Source: Lama guanicoe (taxonomy: Eukaryota). Taken from it: a DNA stretch of 64,000 nt. Below are positions 52,301 to 62,952 of this stretch, piece by piece. Position numbers and translations under genes: made by a program. The notes beneath the pieces are model-generated. The model saw nothing but the letters and a program-made list of their open reading frames with translations, was not told the origin of the DNA and searched no databases. The DNA is taken from the NCBI GenBank assembly GCA_013239625.1, contig MU053810.1, forward strand, positions 682,001 to 746,000, in the 5' to 3' direction. Within the stretch, counting starts at the first letter, position 1; every line of letters begins with the position of its first letter.

Positions 52301-53792
52301 TACAAACTGGTTATTAAAGCATTTTAAAGTTTTTCTTACCTATGGATTTTGATACGGCTCTCAGACATTAATCATGATGATTTTTATATTTTTCTAATCT
52401 GGACTGAAGTAAGGCCGTAAGTTAACATTTCAGCCCTTTTCGCGGGCAGTAACGCTCTAACAGAGTGTAGGCATTTGCTTATCACGAGTTAAAATGGCAG
52501 TAGCGCTGTCCGCAGTGCAACTGTCAGATACTCCGTAGTGCGGGACAGGGTTCCCTCCACTCCGCCAGTGTTGATAAAGCCTGTGACCCTCGGCATTCGT
52601 GGCGAGTGTTAGCACTGATGTGGTTTGTGTGCGGCAAGTTCACGTGGCTTATACCAGTGCTCCACAAACCTTAAAAATACGCATTTTAACCATCTCGACT
52701 CTTAATTAAACTGCTGGTTCTGATTCGTTGCTAACAAGCTCCCAGGCGATGTCAAAGCTGCTGGAGTGTGGACTGCACTCTGAACAGCAAGAGGTTGTAA
52801 GAGGCGTGTCTTACTTGCCAACGACCGAGGTGCTTTTCCTGTCGTTCACTGCGCTTATCCGACGCGCTCTGTTTTAGCCGCTGCTCTGTCTCGACTCCAG
52901 GAGAGAGACCTCCTCTTTCTCTCAGGGAATAGTGGTGTTACTGACCTTTTTCCATTCAGTTCAGCTCTGCCTGACATAACGGACGTATCCAGCTGAAGAT
53001 ACTTTTCCACATTTGCATTTTATTCTTTGAAAGTTTCTTGCCAATGCAGCTTGCCTTGTGAGAGGCAAACTGTGTTAGTTTGCTGGAGCTGCCGTAAGAA
53101 AGCGTGGTGAACTGTGTGACTGAAACCACAGAGCTGTTGGTCCCACAGTTCTGGAGGCTGAATCCAAGGTCAGGGTGTCGGCAGGGTTGGTTCCTTCTGG
53201 GGGCTGTGAGGGATTCAGGCCTCCCTCCCGGCTTCTGGTGGTTCGCTGGCTGCCTTTGGCCTCCCCGGCTTCCACAGCACCATCCAGTCTCTGGCCGCAT
53301 CTTCCTGTGGCGTCTTCCCAGCGTGTGTGTCTGTGTCCAGATGTCCTCTTGTTATGAGGACACAGTCATAACTGGATTTGGGGCTTGTCCTTCTGTCTGG
53401 CTTCATCTTAATGAATTACATCTGCAGCGACCCTGTCTCCAGCTAATGTCACATTCTGAGGTACTGGGGTTAAACTTCAGCATATAAATTTGGGGGGGAC
53501 ACAGTGCAACCGTAACACAGACCATGAATTCTCAGCATCTTAGGAAGCAGTTATAGTAGTTGTATGCTGGGCCCACCCCTTCCCGTCACAGTCAGAATTG
53601 CTCTCCTTGGTGCCCCTCTGCTCCCCGTTGTGTCTCAGCCTGGCAGGCGTTGTGCGCTCTTGAGAAGCGCTGCCTTGTCCGCAGACGTCGGTGAACAGTG
53701 GCTGGTGGTGTCTGGGGGCCTTTTCTCGCCGGAGGTTGTCCTCAGTACTAGTCCTTTAACGTTGCCCTGTTTGTGCCTCTAGGAGACGCTGA
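10229..53792 (+). CDS. UPF2: UPF2 regulator of nonsense-mediated mRNA decay, partial multi-exon CDS (5' exons lie upstream of the window; one internal exon not found)
   Basis: Thirteen exons with AG/GT boundaries splice in frame to give LDLLPFYARLV...MIF4G-3...acidic tract...FKILNVPMSSQL...IFKTGGRRR*, recognisable as vertebrate UPF2. Confidence 0.98.
13483..13587 (+). mobile_element. tRNA-derived SINE (Vic-1-like) with target-site duplication
   Basis: gggcatagctcagcgggagagc...cccagttcctccact plus A tail; flanked by aaaatggtcatat / aaaatggtcgtat. Confidence 0.82.
14537..14700 (+). mobile_element. tRNA-derived SINE (Vic-1-like)
   Basis: ggtatagctcagtggtagagtgcctgcttagcatgcatgaggtcctcggttcaatcccc, then aaataaacctaattacc and an A-rich tail. 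Confidence 0.88.
16941..17015 (+). repeat. Tandem duplication, 37-nt unit x2 (period 38)
   Basis: ttttaaaacaacatttcctagagtgtattccttataa repeated. Confidence 0.92.
17392..17505 (+). CDS. UPF2: UPF2 exon b: VRKKDQINIETKNKTVRFIGELTKFKMFTKNDTLHCLK
   Basis: Acceptor tttgtag, donor gttagt; 114 nt; contains the MIF4G FIGEL motif. Confidence 0.96.
18487..18603 (+). CDS. UPF2: UPF2 exon c: MLLSDFSHHHIEMACTLLETCGRFLFRSPESHLRTSVLL
   Basis: Acceptor ttacag, donor gtaagg; 117 nt, in frame with both neighbours. Confidence 0.96.
18639..18795 (-). mobile_element. tRNA-derived SINE (Vic-1-like) with TSD agcttgaggt
   Basis: Antisense A/B boxes; agcttgaggt flanks both sides (18629-18638, 18797-18806). Confidence 0.88.
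19585..19853 (-). mobile_element. L1 3' end fragment (artiodactyl-type)
   Basis: gaagtatagtcaatatacaat...tattgaatatagttccctgtgctata...ggtaaccataagtttgttttct. Confidence 0.75.
20450..21205 (-). mobile_element. L2 fragments
   Basis: ccctgccctcatggagcttacagt...gaaggattttaagca...gagtttggtttgacacacg. Confidence 0.65.
21663..21702 (+). repeat. GC-rich 20-nt tandem duplication
   Basis: cgcccgccgccccagtcagg x2. Confidence 0.9.
22486..22671 (+). CDS. UPF2: UPF2 exon d: EQMMRKKQAMHLDARY...LSKVTTEK
   Basis: Acceptor ttttag, donor gtaagt; 186 nt; overlaps ORF 22492..22710. Confidence 0.97.
24566..24769 (+). CDS. UPF2: UPF2 exon e (MIF4G-3): VLRQMRKLPWQDQE...LEDIRLGME
   Basis: Acceptor gtttag, donor gtaaca; 204 nt; overlaps ORF 24569..24832. 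Confidence 0.97.
25384..25659 (+). CDS. UPF2: UPF2 exon f (MIF4G-3): VNQPKFNQRRISSAKFLGELYNY...LDCFLVYFQ
   Basis: Acceptor ctttag, donor gtatat; 276 nt; FLGEL motif; overlaps ORF 25456..25695. Confidence 0.97.
27032..27170. mobile_element. MER5-like hAT-Charlie DNA transposon relic
   Basis: cagtggtgcttctaaact...aaaatgcagact...gggcctaagattctgtatgtctaacaagctcccag...actttgagtagca. Confidence 0.7.
27848..28031 (+). CDS. UPF2: UPF2 exon g: RYVWWKKSLEVWTKDHPFPVDIDYTISDSLELLRPKIKLCNSLEESIRQVHALEREFLIKL(G)
   Basis: Acceptor ttctcag, donor gtaagc; 184 nt, ends in phase 1. Confidence 0.96.
32662..32801 (+). CDS. UPF2: UPF2 exon h (acidic linker): (G)LVNDKDSKDSMTEGENLEEDEEEEEGGAETEEQSGNESEVNEPEEE
   Basis: Acceptor ctcctcaag, donor gtgatg; 140 nt; phase matches the previous exon. 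Confidence 0.95.
33022..33159 (-). mobile_element. tRNA-derived SINE (Vic-1-like)
   Basis: gaggtactggggatcgaacccaggacctcatgcatgctaagc...ctaccactgagctatacc; flanked by aattact...att on both sides. Confidence 0.85.
33180..33435 (-). mobile_element. L1 3' fragment
   Basis: agagcagctttaggttcactgcaaaattgag...gcatttgttacagttgatgaacctacactg. Confidence 0.72.
34516..34670 (+). mobile_element. tRNA-derived SINE (Vic-1-like, internal deletion)
   Basis: gggtatagctcaagtggcagag...cctgggttcaatcccc...aaataaacctaattacc. Confidence 0.83.
34790..35000 (-). mobile_element. L1 3' fragment
   Basis: ttttattgatac...gttaacatccatcacctcacatagtt...gtgatgagaacttttactatctact. Confidence 0.7.
35317..35360 (+). repeat. 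17-nt direct repeat (period 27)
   Basis: gagccttgtctgggcgg x2. Confidence 0.85.
36448..36705 (+). repeat. Perfect 114-bp direct repeat (36448-36561, 36592-36705) separated by a poly(T)-rich stub
   Basis: gtgtatagtaaaactatttt...gtatagtgtagtctttt occurs twice, 144 nt apart. Confidence 0.93.
36720..36910 (+). mobile_element. MIR
   Basis: ttgggcaagtcactcaacttctctgagcct...tgaaaatgagg core. Confidence 0.7.
37318..37422 (+). CDS. UPF2: UPF2 exon i (acidic linker): EGSDNDDDEGEEEEEENTDYLTDSNKENETDEENT
   Basis: Acceptor tttcag, donor gtacgt; 105 nt. Confidence 0.94.
37731..37829 (+). CDS. UPF2: UPF2 exon j (UPF1-binding helix): EVMIKGGGLKHVPCVEDEDFIQALDKMMLENLQ
   Basis: Acceptor ttttaataag, donor gtatta; 99 nt; overlaps ORF 37632..37886. 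Confidence 0.95.
39549..42359 (+). repeat. Direct duplication of a ~1.08 kb intronic segment (copy 1 39549-40627, copy 2 41285-42359)
   Basis: Manual alignment from ggttttgtaaaagtaaacc to gatggcgcgtaattatta shows 8 substitutions and 3 small indels; duplicate ORFs 40328 and 42061 in the track. Confidence 0.97.
45670..45910 (-). mobile_element. MIR
   Basis: tttaattctcacaacagccct...tttacagatgagaaaa core. Confidence 0.7.
46545..46915 (+). mobile_element. Old L1 fragment (ORF2 end / 3' UTR)
   Basis: aaatgaaaattaaaacc...caagtgttggcaagggtatgaaggaactggaattctcatatactgctagtggaatgcaaa. Confidence 0.75.
47404..47545 (+). CDS. UPF2: UPF2 exon l: FKILNVPMSSQLAANHWNQQQAEQEERMRMKKLTLDINERQEQEDYQ(E)
   Basis: Acceptor ttttctcag, donor gtatca; 142 nt; overlaps ORF 47377..47667. 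Confidence 0.96.
48629..48749 (+). CDS. UPF2: UPF2 exon m: (E)MLQSLAQRPAPANTNRERRPRYQHPKGAPNADLIFKTGG(R)
   Basis: Acceptor aattccag, donor gtagga; 121 nt; overlaps ORF 48571..48753. Confidence 0.96.
50930..51636 (+). mobile_element. L2 3' remnant, CpG-enriched
   Basis: cacctggatgtc... and terminal gtgcctggcacagagtaggtgcctggtaagtatttgctgaatgga match the L2 3' end pattern. Confidence 0.7.
53071..53517 (-). mobile_element. MaLR MLT1-like solo LTR in the last UPF2 intron
   Basis: tgtgttagtttgctggagctgccgtaa...cacagttctggaggctg...gggacacagtgcaaccgtaaca; near-TSD caaac/cagac. Confidence 0.85.
53783..53792 (+). CDS. UPF2: UPF2 terminal exon, coding part: (R)RR-stop
   Basis: Acceptor tgcctctag followed by G AGA CGC TGA completes the ...GGRRR* C-terminus. 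Confidence 0.9.
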
Positions 53793-55070
53793 TCCAGCAG
53801 CACGTGTCATTTCATTAGGTCCTGTATCTGATGTTGTGGATAGTGGAGTCCTCCAGCAATTGAGTGAGAGCAGTGGACACATCTCAGCATGTCGGTCTAG
53901 AGACTTGCGAACTTAAACCTGGGACAGGCTGGGGCCGTGAGGCGGGAAGAGCAGCCTCTGCCAACACCGGAACAAGCCGACGCTTCCCGACGAGGCGCGA
54001 AAGGCCTTTTGTATGGAAACCACGCGAGGGTTAATCTTCTGTTGAGAATGGCAGTCAAGGAATGAGACGGTTGACTTGACTCCTGAGCAGTTACACTGAG
54101 AGGAGCGTCAGTGAGATGACTGAGCCGGAGAAGAAACGGTTGTGATGGTAATGGTATGGGGGAAACGAACTTGAGGTTAAACTTGATTTGAGTTACAGTG
54201 TCTCTGAATTGAACATCCCATGTTGGAAAAAGATACACTTGGGGGCTCCAGGACTGCAGTAGACAAGCATAGAGCAAGCGGTAAAATCTCCTAGTGAAAG
54301 CGCACATGCAGGACAACAAAACGATGAAAGACCCACACACAGATAATCCACCAGGAAGGCTTCTGCTTAGGGATTTGTTTCAAGAGGAGCAAGAGATGAG
54401 GGAGGAAAACCAGTTTTGTCCATCAGAGTCAGTAATACAACATTGCCTATTAGGGTAAGAGGAGAACGTGGCGACTAGTGTGCAAAGAGCATGAACCCAG
54501 GCGGCGCAGGGGCGTCTGACACCAGCCTGAGCGCAGGGGTAGGTGAGCCCATTGTAAGTATCATCGAACACAAACAGCGTGCCAGGCAGACGTCACAGAA
54601 GACGGACGAAGGACAGCCAGGGGGGTCCGGAGATTTTGTTGACCTTCATGGGTTTACAGCCTCTGTCTCTCAGCAAAGTGTGGAAACAGTAGAGCTTTTC
54701 TTTTGCTTTGTTTTTGTTTTGTTTTGTTTTGTTTCTCCTCCCCCCACCCCACCCCCAAATAGAAACGAGGGTTCTTAGTCTGTTTCTGGCAATCTGTTAA
54801 TTTCTTAGGATAGCTGTCTTTCATTTGCTTTCCGATAGGCGTAGTAAATTTAGTTGAAGAGCACATCTGTATGCTACAAACTTGATTACATCTTTTCTAG
54901 CTATTTTACATTTTTTTCCTTTTTACCATGCTTCAGTTTCTGCATGTAGAATTAAATAAGAAACAAAAGTTGTAAAGTTGTAACATTTCACATGGAAATG
55001 CTGCCCGATCTTCACCAGCTTCAGAAATCTGACCTTTGCCGATGCTGCAATAAAGTGTTGTAATTTAGAT
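53793..55070 (+). other. UPF2: UPF2 3' UTR (~1.27 kb)
   Basis: Follows the stop codon, no repeat recognised within it, ends shortly after a canonical poly(A) signal. Confidence 0.8.
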
Positions 55071-55100
55071 TTGGTGTGGTTGTGTTTTATTTGGTTTGGG
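55049..55100 (+). terminator. Poly(A) signal AATAAA with GU/U-rich downstream element
   Basis: AATAAA at 55049-55054 followed ~15 nt later by tttggtgtggttgtgttttatttggtttggg; an upstream ATTAAA lies at 54951-54956. Confidence 0.82.
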
Positions 55101-56589
55101 TATTGGAGACGTATAAATGGGTAAATCAGTATCTTCCACAGTCATCTTTGTCCTTTACAAAATAGTGTCAGAGACGATCTCTTTGGCATTTCACTAATAA
55201 CGTTGCTCTCTTTAGCATCTGTATTTGTATTGTTCTCCTGGGTGCCTGAGTTACCTTACCTTTGGATCAGTACAAAAAGTGTACAACAGAATAAACATTT
55301 TTAGAATAGGCTTGAGGCTGGTTACAATAGGAAATAAATGTTGGCACCGCACCGTGTAGCTTGAGGCGGTGTTTATGATCTTACCGCGTGTGTGTGGCAG
55401 GGCTGATAAACGCCTCGGTAGGACAGGCAACTCAGAAAGGAAATCGCGAGAACCAGTGTTTTCAATTTCTTTCCAGGTATTCGTTCCAAGGTGACTTAGA
55501 CAGTCCAGAAGGTGTGATGTCATTATCCTTCCTAAAATTTCTAAAATTCAGCTGGGAGTCATTCAAATTTGAAAAGAAAAGACTTGATGAAAAAAATTTC
55601 AAAACTCAATTCTGTTAACCCTGTTTTCCAAACCTCATCATCGCTGACCTGTATACTGTTGCCTGCTATTCTGTGCTGGGGAGAATGATTTACAAGTTTT
55701 GTCATTTTTATATTATTTCTGAGTTTTAGATTGTTAGAAGGAACCAGGGATAATTCTTTTGTGTGTCATGCACAAGGCAGAAAATGCCTGAAAATCAGTT
55801 ACAATAATTCACCTGTGTTCATCTTTCATCAAGAACGGAGGTCCCTGGCAGGTGTAGCATGTGATGGGAGCCATAAGGAAAGTGGACTAAATAAGGTGGT
55901 GCCCATCACTGTACTTTATTCAGTTAGATTTCTGTAGCAGAGATGGACTGCTGGTGACCAGGTTAGTAATACGAAAGGTTCTGTGTTCACCAAGGAGCTT
56001 GTTTATATTTTAAAAAATAAATGGAAAGCCTCCTGAATTTTGCAGAAGAATTTTGGTCTGTCTTCTGGGCCTCTTTTTCCCCCTTGTGATCCACCAAAGG
56101 TAAGCAAATGTTAACAAACCTGATGTTTGCTGTCAGACGTCTCCCTTTGATTCATTGATGCCTCTTGGGGAACAAATAAGCTAAAAAGGCCTCTGGGCAG
56201 CCTTCGGGACCCTTAGGTACCTCTCCAGGTGAGTCCCTGCACTTGCCCACGAGAGCCGCCCAGGCCCCGTGTGCTCGTTCTCCGTACAGTGGTTACACAC
56301 CTGACTCGTGCAAAACACAGCGGCTAGACACGCCCAGCGAGGAGCCAGGCCAGAGAAGGAGAACGCACTTGAGAAGGACACCGAAAAGCACCAGGGGGGA
56401 GGGCGTGGCACAGGTCCCTGAGGGGCCCCATAGGATGTTACTTAGTTGTAAATAGAAGAGACCCAATTTGAATTCACTTAAACACGCAGGAGATTATCGC
56501 AGGGATCCTGAAGTTTGAAACCAACACAAGAATGTCGGGCTTTGGAGATACCTGAATGCAGTCAGGACCCTGAGGCGCGTGCTTCCACT

Positions 56590-56932
56590 CTAAGTTGGCT
56601 CCGGCTGCCGTAACAACCTCACACAGCAGACGTTTACTGTACCTCACCGTCCCGGAGGCTGGAAGCCCACGCGCTGTCCGTTTCCCGTGAGGTCTCTCTC
56701 CTCGGCCTGTAGCCGCCACCCTCGTGGTGTTGTCACATGGCCTTAATTCTGCTTCCTTGATGCCTCTTAAAGGGCTCCAGTCCTATTGGATTAGGGCTCC
56801 ACCCTTCTGACCGCATTTAACCTTCATTACCCCTTAAAGGCCCCACCTGCAAATGCAGCCACACTGGGGGCCGGGGCTCCTTACCTGTGAATATTAGTGG
56901 GGGAGGGGACACACACAATTCAGTCCTGAGCA
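56590..56932 (-). mobile_element. MaLR MLT1A-like LTR remnant
   Basis: ggctgccgtaaca...ggaggctggaag...ggattagggctccaccctt...ggggacacacacaattcagtc. Confidence 0.75.
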
Positions 56933-58814
56933 CTCATTGTAAACCTGGCTGCCAACAGCTCCTGAGCTGTATTTCATGGCAGTTACAGAAACAGTGTGAG
57001 GGACACTGCCGCCAAGTCTGCACACCCACAGAATTGCTGCCCCACTTGGCAAAGACGTCAGTCCTTGGACCGGTGATCTCTGGTCGGGGGAGGGAGGGGC
57101 AGGTTCTATGAAACCGTGGCCGGGAGGCCACTTTCCTGTACTCAGGTAATCTGTCATTGGGGTTCTCTCAGGTTTTAAACATGAGGTTTTCCACAGAGCT
57201 GTATGTTTATTTCTAGAGTTCGGTTTTTAAAGAACTCCAGGTGTTTTTACCTATACAGCCTCTCACTAAAGCATCTCTCTCCCTTTGTCTGGCTGGCACC
57301 AGGGTGTGGCTGTCCCAGCTCTGTCTGGTGGTCTTCCCTAGACTTGTTTGAAATGAAAACAAAATGGAGGTGGAATCAATTTTAAAATACTTAGCACGCT
57401 GTAAGTAAAATCACGTTTTAGGCATTCTTATTTAAATGGTGACTTTCAAAAAACCTTTGCAAGTCCAAAGGACAGTCAGCCAGCTCATCCCAGTAGAAAT
57501 GCTTCTTTCTGGAGGAGTAACTTTGCAAATTGCTGGCTTACTACTCAAGTGTATGTGTCCCTGGAAGCAGTCCCAGTTTTACAGTTAACTGGGGAAAGCA
57601 CTTCAGATCCTGCTGAGCATGTGCACGTGTGTGTGCAAGTGCTCAGGGTTTTACGCCTGCTTTGGTTTCCAGTGTGATACTGTACAGTCAGTTTTATTGG
57701 ATTCATGGACTTAAATATTTATACGAATACTTGGCAACCATTGGGAAGAGAAAGATTGACCCCGTTCTGTACATCAGGCGCTGATCTAAGCTCCAAGGAC
57801 ACGGAGGTGGGGGGAAGTCTCTGCCCTCTTGAGATTTTTAGTAGGGGAGACAGGCATGAAATATGAACAATTCCCTGAAACTGTGACGCTGTCAAGTGCT
57901 TACCGCAGCGTGTGGTATGTAGAAAGGGTCCATTTGGTGGCAGCCACCCTCACTGTGACACCTTTGCTTATGCCCTGTCCTCTGCCAGAAATGTCATCTC
58001 CGAGTCCCTGGCTCGTGCTACTTGCCTTTCAAGATTTAGTTCGTACATCACCTCCTCTGGGAAGCCTTGCTGTCCTCCCTCCCCAGAGTTGATTTAGATG
58101 CTTTTCTTGAGCTTCATCAAAGGGACCTCTGTGCGCGCCCACCCATGGTGGGGGATGAGATTACAGGAGGGTGGTACTCAGTGGCCGCTTTGCAAAAGAG
58201 CCCCTTGTGTGGGAGCAGCAGGCTAGGCGTGAGGGAGCCCTGTGAAGTGTCCAGCAGATGCTTCCCCCAGACTGCGGGAATCCTGAGGGCATCTCCTCCA
58301 CCCCTGGAAGCAAGCGCTTGTGGCCACGTCCTGAACCTCTTGCCCTGCCACGTCCACAGCAGGGCTTCCGCGACTGACCCAAACGCCACTGGACCTCAGA
58401 CTTGCCGATGGGCTCTCCCTCGTCTGCTTGACCAGTTGGGCTCAGGAATTTGAAGAGTGGACACAGGTCCCACGAGTCTGCCATTTCCCAATTCACCCTG
58501 ACACTGGAGGTGGCCTGGTGCCTTTTGGGCCAGCATTGGCAGGATGTTTCTAGTCAGGACTGATGAGCAGAGAGCATCAGTCGAGTTCCATGTACTGTTT
58601 GCTTTGTAATCTTAAGAGGTGAGCAGGTGGGCTTCATGTGTCTCCCCGAGAGCTGTGTGCACCTGTATGGACCCTTCTAAGGAGCCCTCAGCCTGGAACA
58701 TTTCTCACCAGAGGCCCAGAGACAGGAGATGCCTACTGCATCCAGAGGGACAGGGGGCGCCAGGCTGACACACTCACCCATTCATTAGATGTCTATCGAG
58801 TACCAGCTCTGACA

Positions 58815-58985
58815 CTTCCTAATTGTATGAGCTTGTGTATTTATTGACCTCTAAACCTCAGTCTTCTCGTCTGTAAAATGGGGATAAGTTACTAGGGTTG
58901 TATAAGGAATTAACAAGATAATGGACATGCGGGTCTTAACATCGTGGCTGTTACATTGCTAAGTGCTCCGTAAGGGTTAACTAGT
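58815..58985 (+). mobile_element. MIR
   Basis: acctctaaacctcagtcttctcgtctgtaaaatggggata core. Confidence 0.7.
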
Positions 58986-59849
58986 AGTGGTCATAGTATC
59001 ACTACCACAGTTTCTGTGTTTCAGATATGGTGCTGGGTATAGAATTGACCAAGCGCACTCAGCCCTTGGAGAAGTCATAGACCCTTCACGAGTGCAGAGA
59101 GTGAGTACCAAGTTCAGACCTGGGTGACTAAAACCACACGCGTAACTTGCAACAGATGTTACTACTCACAGAAAAAATGTGGCTGAACAGCAGTGGGGAT
59201 ACCACCCTTCAGGACCATGTCCTGTTTCCTTGCCAGAGAGAGAAGTAACGTCCCCATCTCCCCAGAGATCACTGGTCACTTAAGTTCAGCCATAAACCTT
59301 TTAGTTTCTCATTAATTTTTTTTCTGTATGTTTCTTCCTCTCGCAATAATAGAAGATTGATGTATGACTTGAATACTAAGGAGAAATTCATGGGGTCCTG
59401 GTTCATATGGCTCCGAAAGTCTCATGGCAGCTTTGGAGTCCTCCAACCCCCGGGACAAGCATGGCCTACGGCTCAGACCGCCCCCAGATATATCATGGAT
59501 GAGGGGCAGACCAACGACATTCCAGGATGCTCTTTGGAAAAGCAGGGTTTCTCAAAACCCCACGGACAGTGACTTCTTTCAGCAAACAGAACAGGCCTGG
59601 AAAATGCTCCAAAGTCCTCTTGAGACTGAAGTGGGATTTTCCCAGGCTCCCTTGAGAGGACATCGGCCAAGGAGAAGTGAGAGGAGAAGGCAGAGCTGTC
59701 CCTTTGCTGAGTCAGATCGACCACCCGCTGGTGTGCGTAGGGGCTGGCTCACGACGACTCTGTGCACAGGGGCCGTGGATTAAACACCCAGCATAGGAGG
59801 GATCGTGCAGAATGGCCCAAATCCTCCAGTAATTCATAATCTTGTTTGA

Positions 59850-60070
59850 AGCCGCCCGCGGAATGTGCTCCCCCCCTCGTCAGCGCTGCACGGACCCGGC
59901 GCTGCCCCCGCGATGCCTGCGGCCGAGGGCGCTGCACGGAGCCGGCTGGAGTGCTGCCTCCGCCCCGTGCTGGGCGCGCCTCCTCGCCTAGGCCGCGCCG
60001 AGGTCGTGCAGTGAGACGCGGATGATGCGTTTTCCGGGCTGGTTGTGAACGCGAGGCTTTCGCTCAGCAC
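59850..60070. promoter_or_regulatory. CpG-island-like element ~5 kb downstream of the UPF2 poly(A) site
   Basis: Dense CpG, GC boxes (ccgcccc), CTCF-like GC-rich motifs; no repeat recognised. Confidence 0.5.
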
Positions 60071-61338
60071 CTACCACGTGATGGGCTGAGGTCCCAGGGT
60101 CCTGCTTCCGTGGAGCTTCTGTTCTCGGAGGGAGAGACACATTGTCACGAAAAGTTGAGGGAAAGAGCAAAATGAGAGAAGCTGAGATGAGGCTGTGATG
60201 CCGCAGGCCCTGTTCCGGGAGTGCTGTGGGCAGGAGACCCTCGGCTGTCACCTCCTGTGGGGTGGGCTCAGCGCAGACGTGGCCGGAGGGGGCCTGGGGG
60301 CGCCACGTGCGAAGGCTGATCGCTGCAGGCCATCCTCGGCCCAGGTCAGGACAACCCAGGGGCCACTCCGACTGTCCTTAAGCCTGCATCGCAGCCCGCC
60401 TGCCCCTGCCCGCCCCTCCGCAGCTCTGCATCCGGAGGGCTCCCTGACGAGCACCTGTGCTCAGACCCCTTCTCTGGCTCTACTTTCCTGAGACCCAGAC
60501 TGCAGCCCACGTGCTCTGCTGGGCCAGGCGCGTGACTGGTGGCCCCTCGAGACTGGGCCTGTCGAGAAGGGGTCCTTCCCGTAAAGAGAGAGGGCTCAGC
60601 CAGGACCTGGGTGACCAGGATCCGTCCCTGGAAGATGGAGGCAGCACGTTCCAGACAACAGCAGAGGGAGAGGAAGGAGAGTGGCCTCCAGAACCGAGGG
60701 GGAGAGCCCAGAGGGGGCGGAAGCAGGGCCTGGAGAGGCCGGGCCTCGTCAGAGAGGCCTTGTAGGCCAGAGTGAGAAATCTGGATTTCCTCCCAGGTGT
60801 GATGTGATTGATTTGATCTGACTTTACAGGATCACAGGCTCCTGGTGGAGGTCAGACTGTAGGGGCAAAAGTAGAACTGGGGAGCCGAGGCTGGACGAGA
60901 GACGATGGTGCGATGGGGAGAGAAGTCGCGGAGGGCTGGGTGATGGGTGGACGTGGGAGGGGTGGGTAAAGGATGCGATGGGGGTCCTGGCCTGCGTGGT
61001 TGGATGGGTCGGGTCTGAGGAGGTGGGTAGTGGGTGCACAGACCCCAGTGCTGTCCTTCACGGATTGGGAGAGCGGCCAGGGCTTCCCACGCCTTCCCTC
61101 CGGACGGGGCGGCTGGCACAGCCTGGCTCCACGCCTCGTGTGTTCCCAGGCTGCCAGGGGAAATGACCACTGCCAAGTGGACTTGGTTTCTGGAGACTTC
61201 CTGGTCTGTAGGCTGTTAGGCAAAGGTCTCAGCCAGAGAGCTGAGATTACATTGCCCTGGGAAAGGGGAAGCAGGTCCCGGAGGGCCTCATCGCCAGAAG
61301 TGCTGCTCAGCTGTAGAGTTTGTAGAGCGCAGGCCCTT

Positions 61339-61367
61339 GGGCCTGGGCCTGGGCCTGGGCCTGGGCC
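61339..61367. repeat. (GGGCCT)n hexamer repeat, G-quadruplex-compatible
   Basis: gggcct x4 plus gggcc. Confidence 0.85.
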
Positions 61368-62265
61368 GTGGAGGGCGCTTGAGGAGTGAGGGGACTCTGC
61401 TGCCACGCCCTTTGCGGATTGTGAGAAAGGGGCTGACTGTAAACTGATCTCTCTCTGGTCTTCCTGACCTGGATTTTCCTTTTAATTTGATTTCTGTTTA
61501 TTTGCTTTGCATTGTTCCTGAGAGACTCAGGGCACAGAACAGAGGTGGCCCAGGCTGATGGCTGCACACCTGGCTCAGGCCAGAGCCTCCCGGCCACAGT
61601 CTGCCCTTGTCCCTCCCAGAGGCCTGGGCCCCACTCTGCAAACCCCCACTGGCTTCCAAATTCTTTGCTCCGGGCGCACCGCACCCACCCTGGGCCCTGG
61701 TCTGGTCTCTTCTCTCCAAGTCACTGCCCGCTGCAGTGGGACCCGGGGAAGGTGCCGTTGGCCAACACAGCCCCCTCGGGAGAAAGCCATCTGGTCACTC
61801 CCTTGGGCGTGGCGGAGGGTGGGAGAGATCAGGGGCTGGCGGACGAGTGTTTAGGTCCCTAGAGCCAGCTCCCTGTGACTTCCGTTTCCTGCCCCTTCTA
61901 CAGTCAACCAGTGTTTCTGCACCGGCTCCTGGGGCTCTCAGTTCCTGCTGCTGCAATCTGCAAACACACATGGAGGTCCAGTGTGTAAAGGCTGGGCGGC
62001 CCCGTGTGTTACTGGGGGAGGAAATCTAACGTCACTACGGGATCCCTAACTTCATTTTACTTTTTTAAAAAATTTTTATTTAGAAATAATTACAGACTCA
62101 CCAGAGGTTGCAAGAATAGCAGAGTCCTGCAAACTCTTCATCCACCCTCCCCCCAGTGGTAACTTCTTATGTGACGATAAGATACAATATCAAAACCAGG
62201 AAACTGATGCTGGTTCTGTACTGGTAACTAAGACTAAAGACCTTATTCAGTTTCCACAAGTTTCT

Positions 62266-62267
<2 letters not shown>

Positions 62268-62298
<31 letters not shown>
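62268..62298. repeat. (TG)n microsatellite
   Basis: Uninterrupted TG run inside an L1 fragment. Confidence 0.95.
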
Positions 62299-62301
<3 letters not shown>

Positions 62302-62404
62302 ATGCAGGGTGACTCCATGTGTACGTTTATGTTAACTCCACCACAGTCAAGGTACAGAAATATCCCATCACCACGAAGGAGCTGTGTGCTACCCCTGCCC
62401 CCTG

Positions 62405-62952
62405 GCGTGTGAGAGTTCTGTAGAGAGAAGGACATTCAGAGGTGCACACGGGGACGTTTTATTACAGCGATAGGCACGTGCAGTCCTGGAGGCCAAGCCG
62501 TCTCACGATCTGCCCTCTGCAAACAGAAGCAGCAGGAAAGTCAGCTCTACGGCTCTTTCCAAGTCTGAGTGCCCGAGAGCCAAGGTGCTGAGGGTGAACG
62601 TTCAAGTTCAAGGGCCCAGGAATCGGGGCCTGATGGTGTGAGTCCACTCTGAGTCTGAAGACTGGAGAAGCAGGAGCGCCCATGTCTGAGGGCAGGAGAA
62701 GAGGGGCGTCCCAGCTCAGGTGGAGAGAGAGCAGATCCCCCACCTCTGCTCTGCTGTTCTCTTCAGGCCCTCAGTGGACCGGCTGATGCCCCCCTACGTT
62801 GGGGGGTGGGGGGTCTTCTTTACTCAGTCCACGGATTCAGATTCCTCTCCCTTCTGGAGACACCCTCACAGACACACCTAGAAATAACGTCTCACCAACC
62901 GTCTGGGCTTCCCGTCGCCCAGTCAGGTGGACACAGGAAATTAATCATCACA
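62405..62952 (-). mobile_element. ERVL MLT2-like solo LTR
   Basis: Ends ...caccctcacagacacacctagaaataa...cccagtcaggtggacacaggaaattaatcatcaca, the reverse complement of an MLT2-type start. Confidence 0.78.

Noticed and set aside
59880..59904. REST/NRSE-like site
   Set aside because: Half-site spacing and bases deviate too much from TTCAGCACCACGGACAGCGCC.
57829..62029. Dense ORFs downstream of UPF2 as a neighbouring gene such as PROSER2
   Set aside because: No recognisable protein or consistent exon chain; GC content explains the ORFs.
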